Shown here one piece after another: positions 54,199 to 64,000 of a stretch of 64,000 nucleotides of DNA (its first letter is position 1; each line of letters starts with the position of its first letter). The position numbers and the translations under genes were made by a program. The notes under the pieces were generated by a model. That model saw nothing but the letters and a program-made list of their open reading frames with translations. It was not told where the DNA came from and made no database searches. Source of the DNA: Blastocatellia bacterium (lineage in GTDB: Bacteria; Acidobacteriota; Blastocatellia; UBA7656); contig CAVSKO010000002.1 of assembly GCA_963728545.1 (NCBI GenBank), forward strand, positions 4,045,146 to 4,109,145. The letters run 5' to 3'.

Positions 54199-56743
54199 AT
54201 GTCGACTGAAACCGTTGATTCTGCCAAGCCCGGAGTCATAAATGAGTATCCAGACATCGTAGGGGCAAAGCCTGAAAATCCGTATCTCGCTTCATTCCGC
54301 CCTTACATTCCTCCACACGTAAAATTACGCGAGCTTACGCCGATGCCTTTAATCGTCGGCACGCTGCTCGGCCTGGTCTTTGGCGCGTCGTCGCTGTACC
54401 TGGTATTGAAAACCGGGTTGACCGTCAGCGCCTCGATTCCTGTCGCCGTCATCTTCGATCACGCTCTTTCGATTGCTGTCGAAAGTGGGGCTGAGGAACG
54501 CCACGATTTTAGAGAACAACATAGTTCAGACCGCAGGCTCGGCAGGGGAATCTATCGCCTTCGGCGTGGGCGTGACTATGCCTGCCATCTTGATTTTAGG
54601 GTTCGACCTGGAGATTACGCGCGTGATGCTGGTCGCGTTGCTGGGCGGGCTGCTCGGGATTTTGATGATGATCCCTCTCAGGCGCGCGCTCATCGTTCAG
54701 CAACACGGCTTTTTGAAATACCCCGAAGGGACCGCCTGCGCCGAAGTGCTCAAGGCAGGGGCCGACGAAGAATCGCGCGCGGCTGCATCGCAGGGGGCAA
54801 AAGATAAAACGGCAACAGAGGTTCGCGCCCTGCCCATCTTCGTGGGGCTCGGACTCGGCTTTTTCTATAAAGTCGCGATGGATCTAAAGAGTTGGAAAGA
54901 AGCGCCGGAAAGAGTCTTTGACAAGCCTTTCAGCGCCGGCTCTATCTCTGCCGAGATCAACCCTGCGCTGCTCGGCGTCGGCTACATCATCGGCCCGCGC
55001 ATCGCTGCCATTATGTGCGCGGGCGGCGTGCTGGCCTACCTGGTTCTAATCCCGCTCATAAAATTCTTTGGCGAAGGCATGACTGGGGTGCTTGCGCCGG
55101 GCGAAATGCCCATCAGCCAGATGAGTCCGGGTGACATACGCAGCGCCTACATCCTTTACATAGGCGCGGGAGCCGTAGCGGCGGGCGGCATCATCAGTCT
55201 CTTCCGCTCGCTCCCGACGATCTGGAGCGGGTTAAAGGGAGGGCTTAAAGATTTGAAAGGCGGCCAGGCCGCAAGCGCAGCCGCGCCCCGCACCGACCAG
55301 GACCTTTCGATGAAGATTGTTGTCGGCGGAATCATCCTGCTGCTCCTTTTGATAATGGTCGTTCCTTATTTGAATCTTCAATGGAACATCCTGGGCGCGA
55401 TACTCATCGTAGCGTTCGGCTTTCTGTTCGTCACCGTCTCGTCACGACTGACCGGAGAGATCGGCTCGTCGTCAAACCCGATCTCGGGCATGACCGTGGC
55501 GACGTTGCTGCTGACCTGCCTGATCTTTTTAGTGGTCGGATGGGTAGGCCCGCCGTATTTCGTAACGGCGCTTTCAATCGGCGGCATCGTCTGCATCGCG
55601 GCATCAAACGGCGGAACAACGTCGCAGGATTTGAAGACAGGCTTTCTCGTAGGCGCGACTCCGAAGTACCAGCAGGTAGCCATTCTCATCGGCGCTCTTT
55701 CTTCGGCCCTCATACTGGGGCCGATACTGCTTGCACTAAACGATGCCGGAACAGTCTATGTGCCGCCGACGACCCTTGAGCAAATGAAGGGGGATACTGT
55801 GCAGATAAATCCGGCGGCCGTCCGAGCGCTTCCGGCTTACACCGATGAAGAGAAACCTCCCACGCCCGGCAATTACCGCGTCTTCAACAACGAGCCGGGA
55901 AACCCGGCTGCGGTCGAAGGGCTTGACGCCGGAGAATACCTCGTAGACGAATCGGGCACTGTCGTGTTTAAACGTCAAATCCTGCGCGCAGACGTTTCGC
56001 AGTTGACTGAAAAAGAGACGTTGCACGGGTCTCAGGGTGCGGCCGACCCCAACTCTTATTATGTCTGGCACCGCTTCAACAGCGAGACGGGGACTTCGCG
56101 CAAATATCTCGTAAACGATCAAGGCGTGCCCGTATACCTGGCCGACCCGGCGATAAACGGCGTGCACAAAGTAAGGCCTGACGGGACGACCGCGACGAAA
56201 TATGACGCGCCAAAGGCGGTCCTGATGTCTTATATCATCAACGGCATTCTAAGCCATCGGTTGCCCTGGGCACTCGTGCTTCTGGGCGTGATGATAGCGA
56301 TAGTACTTGAGATGGCCGGAATTCCGTCGCTGGCATTCGCAGTCGGCGTCTACCTGCCGCTTTCGGCCTCGACGCCGATCCTGGTCGGCGGAATGATTCG
56401 CTGGCTTGTCGACAAATATTTGCGCAGGAAGCTCAGGCACCAGAACCTTTCCGAAGAAGAACTGGTTGCCGAAGGCGACCGCAGCCCCGGCGTGTTGATG
56501 GCGTCAGGCTACATCGCGGGCGGCGCGCTGGCAGGTATCATATATGCCATCGTGAATGGTTATCCAAGCCTCGCCACTTTTAATAAGAACGTCGAGGAAT
56601 GGTCAAAAGCAAACAACCCGTTCTTTAACGGTCCGTATGCCGATTTGCTGGCACTGATTCCCTTCCTCATTCTGACGATCTTGCTTTACCTGGCCGGGCG
56701 AGAAATGATTCTCGCCGGACGACGCAACAGGTCAAGCGGTTGA
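54199..56743 (+). CDS. OPT-family oligopeptide transporter, +1 frameshift near 54454 (probable sequence error)
   Basis: LKTGLTVSASIPVAV, ILENNIVQTAGSAGES, YPEGTACAEVL, SSSNPISGM, QDLKTG; deleting one T gives VISITLFRLLSKVG. Confidence 0.9.
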
Positions 56744-56781
56744 TAAAGAATCCGCACGTTCACAGGCACTTAGGCGGCGTT

Positions 56782-56821
56782 AAAAAAATGGGGTTGCTTC
56801 TAGCGAAGCAACCCCCGTTTT
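56782..56821. terminator. Bidirectional intrinsic terminator
   Basis: A7-T-GGGGTTGCTTC-TAGC-GAAGCAACCCC-CG-TTTT between convergent genes. Confidence 0.8.
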
Positions 56822-56838
56822 GTCGCTGCGGGTTCTGC

Positions 56839-57312
56839 TTACCAGAACCTGACTCTTCTGATCTGTTTGAAGGCTTTCTTCAAAGGTTTGCCTTTAATGA
56901 CGGCCATCGGCACCGATTCTCTACTTTGAACCGTTGCGTACGTGCGGCGCGAGCCTGCGCGGCGGCGTACGGTTCTTTTAGCTTCTTCATTATCGCCCTG
57001 TACTTCGGTATTTTGCGGTTGAGCCGCCGCCTGTTCGAGATCAGGCGAGGTGGGCTGGCTCGTTTCCATTTTTGCCTGAGCGTCTTCGACGACAGGAGTC
57101 GGATTAAAAGAATTTGATAAGACGCTCCCGGTCAGCCACCCTGCGCCAAGCCCCAAAAGTATCGTAATGAGAAATAATATTAGTGTGCCAATATTTTTAT
57201 GCTGCGGCTCGGATATCAAAGTTTGTGGCCTACTGCGAGCGCCGCGTGGTATCTTCTGCGCCTTTGATCTCGGTACTACTCTTCTCAACCCGCTATCAAC
57301 CCTTAAAGACAT
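56839..57312 (-). CDS. Hypothetical single-pass membrane protein
   Basis: GAGGA RBS; one TM helix, low-complexity linker, basic C-terminus KPLKKAFKQIRRVRFW; ends at the terminator. Confidence 0.65.
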   Translation of the reverse strand: MSLRVDSGLRRVVPRSKAQKIPRGARSRPQTLISEPQHKNIGTLILFLITILLGLGAGWLTGSVLSNSFNPTPVVEDAQAKMETSQPTSPDLEQAAAQPQNTEVQGDNEEAKRTVRRRAGSRRTYATVQSRESVPMAVIKGKPLKKAFKQIRRVRFW

Positions 57313-57536
57313 TTTATTAGTCCTCAGATTTTATTAGACAGTCCTCAATCTACAGAGTGGCAATCTGCGTACCGCTAACGCGTCGCGCAATTACGCAATT
57401 TAGCCTTTCGCTCGTTGACAGGTTTTCGTACAGCCGAGCATACAATCAGGCAAAAGAATCGCAACAAACGGGGCCGCAAACCCATTGGCCGCCTTATTCA
57501 TCACACTGACCAAACCTAAATTCTGGGAGGAAAATT

Positions 57537-58274
57537 ATGAGAAAGCAGGCCATATCGAGGCTCATAGTTTTAGTGCTCGCCCTGACGCTTGCGGCCCCCG
57601 CGCTGGCTACGGCCCAGACGAGGCTCAAGCCCGGAATGAACTTTTTTTCGCTCCGCGACGACGTTGAGATAGGCCGCCGCTCTGCTTATGAGATAGATCG
57701 CAAATACCGGACTCATAGCGATCCGCGCGTAGAGCGCATAGGGCGGCGGCTGGCGGCGCGTTCTTCGATGCCGAACCTGCCCTGGCGTTTTCGAGTGATC
57801 GAACGGCGCGATGTAAACGCCTTCGCCCTGCCCGGAGGTTACGTTTATGTGACGAGCGGGCTATTGCGCTCGGCGCGCAGCGAAGACGAGCTTGCCGGTG
57901 TCCTTGCGCACGAGATAACGCACGTCACCTTGCGTCACGGGACCAACCAGGCATCAAAGGCTGTGCTTGCGCAGATGCCGCTACAGATGTTAGGCGGCCT
58001 TATGGGGCGCGGCGTAGGTTCTACGCTCACGCAACTGGGGCTAGGTTTCGGACTCAACACGCTGTTTTTGCGCTACGGTCGAAGCGCCGAAACACAAGCC
58101 GACGTAGGCGCAGTGCAATTGATGACGCGTGCGGGATACAACCCTCACGGGCTGTCGAGTTTTTTAGGCTCGCTCAAAGAGCGGGGAGGCGGCGAATTTT
58201 TCTCAGACCACCCGAACCCCTCGAACCGCGTTGGCCGCGTCGAGCAAGAGATAAGAATGCTCAGAAGCCGATAA
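57537..58274 (+). CDS. Secreted M48 family metallopeptidase
   Basis: Signal peptide, NAFALPGG, ELAGVLAHEITH, ETQAD, FSDHP. Confidence 0.94.
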   Translation: MRKQAISRLIVLVLALTLAAPALATAQTRLKPGMNFFSLRDDVEIGRRSAYEIDRKYRTHSDPRVERIGRRLAARSSMPNLPWRFRVIERRDVNAFALPGGYVYVTSGLLRSARSEDELAGVLAHEITHVTLRHGTNQASKAVLAQMPLQMLGGLMGRGVGSTLTQLGLGFGLNTLFLRYGRSAETQADVGAVQLMTRAGYNPHGLSSFLGSLKERGGGEFFSDHPNPSNRVGRVEQEIRMLRSR

Positions 58275-58344
58275 AAGTGATGAGTGATGAGTGATGAGTG
58301 TTTATATGCGCTCTTATGTTTTCCATGCTCAACCTCTTCACTAA

Positions 58345-58569
58345 GGGGTTTTTTGAAAAGCCTCGAAGAGGCGAAATTCAATAGCCTGGGGCGCTAGCCC
58401 CAGGTCAGCGCCAAGCATAACGACAAGCCCTGTAAGGGCGAAATATATCTTCGGGTTATTTCGCCCTTACAGGGCTTGTCGTTATTCGCCATCTGTTACC
58501 CGGCGCGATGCGCCGGGCTATCGAATTTCGCCTCTTCGAGGCTTTTGAACTATCTTTTCAGGCATCCTC
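58345..58569. mobile_element. MITE-like element carrying a REP/REPIN-type hairpin, copy 2, flanked by TAA...TAA
   Basis: Colinear with 2025-2249; lies within GTGATGA / TCATCAC heptamer arms (58277-58300, 58576-58592). Confidence 0.8.
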
Positions 58570-58666
58570 TAAATACTCATCACTCATCACTCTAAAAATT
58601 GACAAAACCGCCGGCCACAAGCGACAATTCTTCACAGTCAGCCCGTTCAAGATGAAAGGTCTACTG

Positions 58667-59989
58667 ATGCAGAAAAGATTTACGGCCCTTGTCGCGCTCA
58701 TACTCGTTTTAGGATTGCTCGCGGGCGTGACCGGGAGCGCGGCCCTGCAAGGCCCCGCTTCTATCACCCGACCCGACACCGCTTCGCTCAGCGCAACCGA
58801 TTCCGTTCTTCAGAACGTGAGCCGTTTGCGCGGGCTTGAAATCAAGCGGCCCGTAAAAAGCGGGTTAAAGACCAAAGACGAAATCGAGCAGTCGGTCATT
58901 CGCGACCTGGATGAAGAGACTTCGCCCGAAGAGTTCGCCGCCACGACAAAGACGTTGACCAAGTTCGGATTGCTGCCGAAAGACTTTCAACTGCGCGATT
59001 ACATAGTAAAGCTTATGCGCGAACAGGTGGCGGGCTTTTACGAGCCTAAATCGCAGGAGTTCTTTTTAGCCGCGTGGCTTCCGATCTCAGAGCAGAAGAC
59101 TGTGATGGCGCACGAATTGATGCACGCGCTTCAAGACCAGCATTTCAACCTGCGCCGGTTTGAGCGCTGGCCGAAGGGAGACTCGGACGCCGAGCTGGCC
59201 GCTCACGCCCTGGTCGAGGGCGAAGCGACCATAGTGATGTACCAGTACACGGCGGAAAAAGACCACCTGGAGTTTGATGTCACCAGGATGGAATCGCTCA
59301 CTGCGCGTATGCTTGAGCAGAGCGATGACATGGACCCGGTCAGGTATCCTGTGCTGTCGAACGCCCCGACGGTACTGCGCGAAGGGCTTCAATTCCCCTA
59401 CATCTACGGCATAGGGTTCGTTCAAGAGATTTTGAAACGCCGCTCCTGGAAAGGCGTCAACCAGAGTTACGCGATGCTGCCTACTTCGACCGAGCAGATC
59501 ATACACCCGGAGCGATTTCTCTTTCGCGACGACCCGGTGAAGATAAAAATAGCCGACCTTCGACAGGCGCTCGGACCTAAATGGAGAAAAATCGACACTG
59601 ATGTCAACGGCGAATTTGGTTATCAAATATTGCTCGGCGAATTTATAGACAAACGAGAGGCGCGGTTGGCAGCCGAAGGATGGGGCGGCGATTGCTATGA
59701 GCTTTATGAAGACGCGAGCACGGGCGTGCTCCTTCTGACGCAATACACGACGTGGGATCGTGCCGCCGACGCTAAAGAATTTTTCGACCTCTACTCAAAG
59801 CGCATAGAAAAAAGGTACAACGTGCCGCCGCCCGGCGACCTCTATGCGCGGCCTCGCGTTTATGAAACCGATGAAGGGCTGGTCGCAATCGAGTTGCGCG
59901 ACAAAGACGTTGTCATAATCGAAGGCGCCGGGTCGCGCGCCGATCTTGCGCGCCTCTCAAACAAACTCTGGGAAAGCAAAAAGAGATAA
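58667..59989 (+). CDS. Secreted HExxH zinc-metallopeptidase-like protein
   Basis: Signal peptide from MQKRF; AGFYEP, AHELMHALQDQHF, EGEA, FPY..G, STEQIIHP, GWGGD. Confidence 0.8.
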   Translation: MQKRFTALVALILVLGLLAGVTGSAALQGPASITRPDTASLSATDSVLQNVSRLRGLEIKRPVKSGLKTKDEIEQSVIRDLDEETSPEEFAATTKTLTKFGLLPKDFQLRDYIVKLMREQVAGFYEPKSQEFFLAAWLPISEQKTVMAHELMHALQDQHFNLRRFERWPKGDSDAELAAHALVEGEATIVMYQYTAEKDHLEFDVTRMESLTARMLEQSDDMDPVRYPVLSNAPTVLREGLQFPYIYGIGFVQEILKRRSWKGVNQSYAMLPTSTEQIIHPERFLFRDDPVKIKIADLRQALGPKWRKIDTDVNGEFGYQILLGEFIDKREARLAAEGWGGDCYELYEDASTGVLLLTQYTTWDRAADAKEFFDLYSKRIEKRYNVPPPGDLYARPRVYETDEGLVAIELRDKDVVIIEGAGSRADLARLSNKLWESKKR

Positions 59990-60068
59990 GTGTTTTGAGA
60001 CTTCAGTTTTCAGGCCCGAACGTCGTGTGTGTACCTGCTGAAAACTGAAGACTCAAAACTGAAAACTG
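59990..60068. repeat. Inverted 7-nt tandem repeats (GAAAACT)
   Basis: GTTTTGAGACTTCAGTTTTCAG ... CTGAAAACTGAAGACTCAAAACTGAAAACT. Confidence 0.8.
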
Positions 60069-60083
60069 TCTTCGAGGTCAATT

Positions 60084-62667
60084 ATGATCCGCTCAGGATT
60101 ATTCTGCTTTCGCGCCGCGCTGCTTTTTTCAGCAATCGCTTTACTCACCTTTGCGCAAGCAAAAGCGTTCGGGCAGACCGGCTCGAACCGTCCCTCGGAG
60201 TTTACCGGCTCGGAGCGGCTTGAGAAACTCTCTCGCGATGCGGTGGCTGAGGCGGTCGAGCAGTTTGGCAAAGGCGGTCTCACGCCGGATAAGATTGCCG
60301 TGACTATCATCGACCTGAGCGACCGCGCCCGCCCACAGTGGGCCAGCCATCGCGGGCAGGAATTGATCTACCCCGCTAGCGTAGTAAAGCTCTTTTATCT
60401 TGTCGCCGCTCATCATCAGCTTGGAGACCGGCGCGCTCAAACAGACCGCAGAGCTTGATCGCGCGCTCCGCGATATGATCGTCGATTCGTCGAACGACGC
60501 GACTCATTACGTTGTTGACGCCGTGACGGGCACGACCGGCGGGCCTGAGCTTGACGAGGCGGCGCTCGCCGAGTGGAAGCAGAAGCGCAACCGGGTCAAT
60601 CGTTATTTCGCCGGTCTCGGATACGAAAAGATCAACACCAATCAGAAGACATGGTGCGAAGCTCCTTACGGTCGCGAGCGGCAAGGGCTGGGGCCAAACT
60701 TTGAGTACCGCAACAAGCTCACGACCCAATCGGTGGCGCGTCTGTTGTACGAGATAACGACGGGGCGCGCGATATCAAACGCGCGAAGCAGCGCTATGAT
60801 GGGCCTCTTGCGCCGCGACCCGCAATCGAAGCCCGATGACCCGGACGATCAAGACACGGCCTACGCGGGCAAGTCGCTCCCGCCAGGCTCGCAGTATTAC
60901 GCAAAGGCCGGCTGGACTTCTTCGACGCGCCACGACGCGGCTTACGTCAGGCTTCCGAACGGCGCGGAATACATTTTAGTAGTCTTCACGGTTGACAACA
61001 GCACGCAGGCCGATATTATCCCTTTCGTGTCTCGAATAGTGGCAGAAGATTTTTCACGCACACAACCCGCCGCCGATCTCGTCCTGGTCAATGGCCGCGT
61101 TTGGACCGGGAACAAGTCACAGCCCTGGGCCGAAGCCGTAGCCGCGCGCGGCGAGCGCATCATCGCCGCAGGCTCAAACGATGACGCGCGAAAACTCGCA
61201 GGCCCGCAGACTCGCGTAATCAACCTTCAAGGCAAGCTCGCGTTGCCGGGCTTTATAGACGATCACACGCATTTCATCGAGGGCGGTTTTCATCTGCTCT
61301 CGGTCCAGCTTCGCGATGCCAAAACGCCCGCAGAGTTCGCGCGCCGCATCAAAGAACACGCAGCGCGTCTGCCCGCAGGGCGCTGGATTACGGGCGGCGA
61401 TTGGGATCACGAACTCTGGCCCGGCGCGCCGCTCCCGACCAGAGAATTGATAGACCCGTACACGCAGAATAATCCCGTCTTCGTCTCGCGGCTGGACGGG
61501 CACATGGGGCTTGCAAACAGCGCCGCGCTCAAAATTGCGAAGATCACAAAAGAGACTAAAGACCCGCCGGGTGGGACTATCGTTCGCGATCCGAAAACGG
61601 GCGAGCCTACGGGCGTGCTGAAAGACGACGCGATGGGATTGATCTATGCGCACGTCCCTGAAGCCAGCAGTGCCGAGTTGGATGAAGGGCTTGAAGCGGC
61701 GCTCAAAGAGGCGGCCCGCGTCGGCGTGACTTCGATTCAAGACATAACCCCCTGGCGCGACTATGAAGTTTATAAAAAGTTTCGCGACTCAAATCGCTTG
61801 ACCGTTCGCGTCTACGCGCGAACACCTATGAGCCAGTGGAAGCGACAGGCCGAGGCGGTCGCGCGCCAGGGGCGCGGCGATGACTGGCTCAGACTTGGCG
61901 GGCTTAAGGCTTTTATGGACGGCTCGCTCGGCTCGACGACGGCTCTGTTTTTCGAGCCGTTCAATGATGCGCCGAAGACTTCGGGATTGATGCTTGAAGA
62001 GAACATACCCGAGGGCAAGCTCAAACAGACGATCAAAGACGCGGACCGCGCAGGGCTTCAATGCTCGGTTCACGCCATCGGAGACAGGGCGAATGATCTG
62101 CTCTTAAATTACTTTGAAGAAGTCGAGAGAGAGAACGGCCCGCGCGACCGCCGCTTTCGCATAGAGCACGCGCAGCACTTGAAGCCGGATGATATTCCTC
62201 GCTTTGCGAAGCTCGGCGTCATTCCTTCGATGCAGCCTTATCACGCGATTGACGATGGTCGCTGGGCAGAAAAGCGCATCGGCCCCGTTCGCATAAAAAC
62301 GACTTACGCATTCCGCTCGCTGTTAGACACGGGAGCGACGCTTGTGTTCGGCTCGGACTGGTACGTAGCTCCGCTTTCACCGATTCTCGGAATACACGCG
62401 GCGGTCACTCGTCAGACTATCGACGGAAAAAACCCCGGCGGGTGGATTCCCGAACAGAAGATCACGGTCGAAGAAGCCGTGCGAGCGTACACGCAGTCCT
62501 GCGCCTACGCCGAGTTTGCCGAGCGCGATAAAGGGACGCTCGAAACGGGCAAGCTTGCCGACATAGTCGTTTTGTCGGAAGACATATTTCGCATCAGCCC
62601 GAATGATATTCAGAAGACTGCTGTCGTTTACACGATAGTCGGCGGGCGCGTCGTGAATGGACATTGA
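60084..62667 (+). CDS. Secreted fusion of a class A beta-lactamase-like serine hydrolase and a YtcJ-like amidohydrolase; +1 frameshift near 60423
   Basis: PASVVK (SxxK), DSSND, KAGW, HDAA; then [41 protein letters not shown]. Confidence 0.85.
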
Positions 62668-62915
62668 AGAGATAATCGCGTGCCGAAATGAGATCAACCG
62701 TTATCGTGGAAGCCGACACGATATGGGGTAGCGCACGCCGCGCGCCGCGTTTGAAAAACATACGACCTCAGTCCGCCCCACCGCTGTAAGCTTTTATATA
62801 CCTTCATTAATAAAGACTCTCAAGAATGCTCAAATAATGGCCCGTTTGGGCATGATTCTTGCACTAAGAATTGTTCTGCCTGTAATCAGGTATGGATGAG
62901 CAAGGGGGTTAATCA

Positions 62916-64000
62916 ATGTCGAAAGGCTTAAAGAATTATCTATCAAGCATTCCACCACAGGTTGCAATAATAAGCGCCTTGATCGCGGTAGTTGCCGTAG
63001 CGGGCGTCTCATTCTTGTTATCGCGTTCGGAACCGACGGCTGATGCCAGCTTCGTGCCGCGCGCCGCGCGCATTGAGCGAGTCAACGGCGACGTCAATAT
63101 AGCGCGCACCTTGACCGAACAAGCTAATGAAGAGCCTGCGTGGGAAGACGCTGTTCACAATTCGCCGCTCGCGGTGGGTGACCGCGTCTATGCGCGTGAA
63201 GGGTCACGCGCCACAGTCGCGCTGACCGGGCGCAATTACGCAAGGCTGGATTCAGGCTCGGCTCTTGACGTGCTCTCGCTTGCAGATAGGAGGACTCAGC
63301 TTGCGCTTCGCGATGGCTCCGCCCTGTTCGACGTGGGCGAGATCGCAGACGGTGAGTTGTTTGAAGTGGCTACCCCGAGCGGCGCGGTCGATTTCTACGA
63401 GCCGGGGCTTTATCAGGTCGGCATAGGCGATGACGGCAACTCCTGGGTTTCAGTGTTGAGCGGGCTGGCCCAGGTAGTAGGACTGGCAGGCTCCGGGCAG
63501 GTAAGCAAAGGCGAGATTCTTACGCTCGCCGGGCAGACCGCCGCGCAGGCTCTGCTTTCGCGGATTTCGCCCGATTACGCGGGCGGCGTCGTAGACGATT
63601 ACTACGGCTATCGCTATCCCAATAGCTACGACGGACGCTATCGCAATTACGACGTCTATCTGGATGATCCGGACTACTACGATCCTTATAGCCGCTCGGT
63701 GAGCTATCGCTACGTGGCCGACGATATACCGGGCGTCTACGACCTGGATCATTATGGCGATTGGTCAGACATAGACGGTTACGGCCATTGCTGGACGCCG
63801 CGCGTCAATTCGAGCTGGGCTCCGTATCGTAACGGTTACTGGGACACAGACAATGTGTACGGGCCTACGTGGATTTCTCAAGAACCCTGGGGCTGGGCTC
63901 CTTATCACTACGGGCGCTGGGCCTATATAAACAACCGCCAGTGGGCGTGGGTCCCCGACAGGGCGCGCAGACATTCCAGCTACGCCCCTGCGCTGGTCGC
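62916..64000 (+). CDS. FecR-like plus DUF6600 (WGWAPYHYGRW) membrane-anchored protein, runs off the window end (not in the ORF track)
   Basis: Translated by hand: MSKGLKNY..TM..RAARIERVNG..NSPLAVGDRV..DLDHYGDW..WAPYRNGYW..EPWGWAPYHYGRW. Confidence 0.88.
   Translation, partial: MSKGLKNYLSSIPPQVAIISALIAVVAVAGVSFLLSRSEPTADASFVPRAARIERVNGDVNIARTLTEQANEEPAWEDAVHNSPLAVGDRVYAREGSRATVALTGRNYARLDSGSALDVLSLADRRTQLALRDGSALFDVGEIADGELFEVATPSGAVDFYEPGLYQVGIGDDGNSWVSVLSGLAQVVGLAGSGQVSKGEILTLAGQTAAQALLSRISPDYAGGVVDDYYGYRYPNSYDGRYRNYDVYLDDPDYYDPYSRSVSYRYVADDIPGVYDLDHYGDWSDIDGYGHCWTPRVNSSWAPYRNGYWDTDNVYGPTWISQEPWGWAPYHYGRWAYINNRQWAWVPDRARRHSSYAPALV

Noticed and set aside
57415-57446. TTGACA...TACAAT promoter before the M48 gene
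   Set aside because: The spacer is 20 bp, too long for a standard sigma-70 promoter, so it was not listed.
58508-58666. N-terminal extension of ORF 58508-59989
   Set aside because: It starts inside the repeat element; the signal peptide begins at ATG 58667.

Overview
Bacterial chromosomal window, most likely Acidobacteriota of the Blastocatellia type. This is an inference from the Cys-rich insert in RpoB, the wHTH-TolB-TPR protein, the kinase-PD40 protein, and the SBBP, BACON and FecR-DUF6600 proteins. The core is a minus-strand tufB/rif cluster: tRNA-Thr(UGU), [hybrid histidine kinase], tRNA-Tyr, tRNA-Gly, tRNA-Thr(GGU), tuf, rpmG, tRNA-Trp, secE, nusG, rplK, rplA, rplJ, rplL, rpoB, rpoC. 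Directly after rpoC, on the opposite strand, is a ~15.5 kb accessory block of secreted-protein genes (15915-31419). It contains the best candidate for a new system: a signal-peptide TPR-CHAT caspase-like protease, an ECF sigma factor, a membrane anti-sigma and a secreted metzincin. A shared TGAAATG-N14-GYCACT promoter-like motif lies before the last two genes. Other notable items are: (1) a stand-alone promoter-to-terminator unit with a 14-nt anti-16S match and a 12-codon ORF; (2) an abrupt codon-usage switch inside tuf; (3) two MITE families carrying REP-like hairpins, one with an empty-site paralogue in the window; (4) inverted 7-nt tandem repeats in many spacers; (5) a beta-lactamase-fold/amidohydrolase fusion; (6) a protein with 33 TPRs. 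Three genes carry +1 frameshifts that look like sequencing errors. No rRNA, CRISPR array, integrase, transposase or reverse transcriptase was seen. All assignments come from motif reading by eye; no database searches were run.
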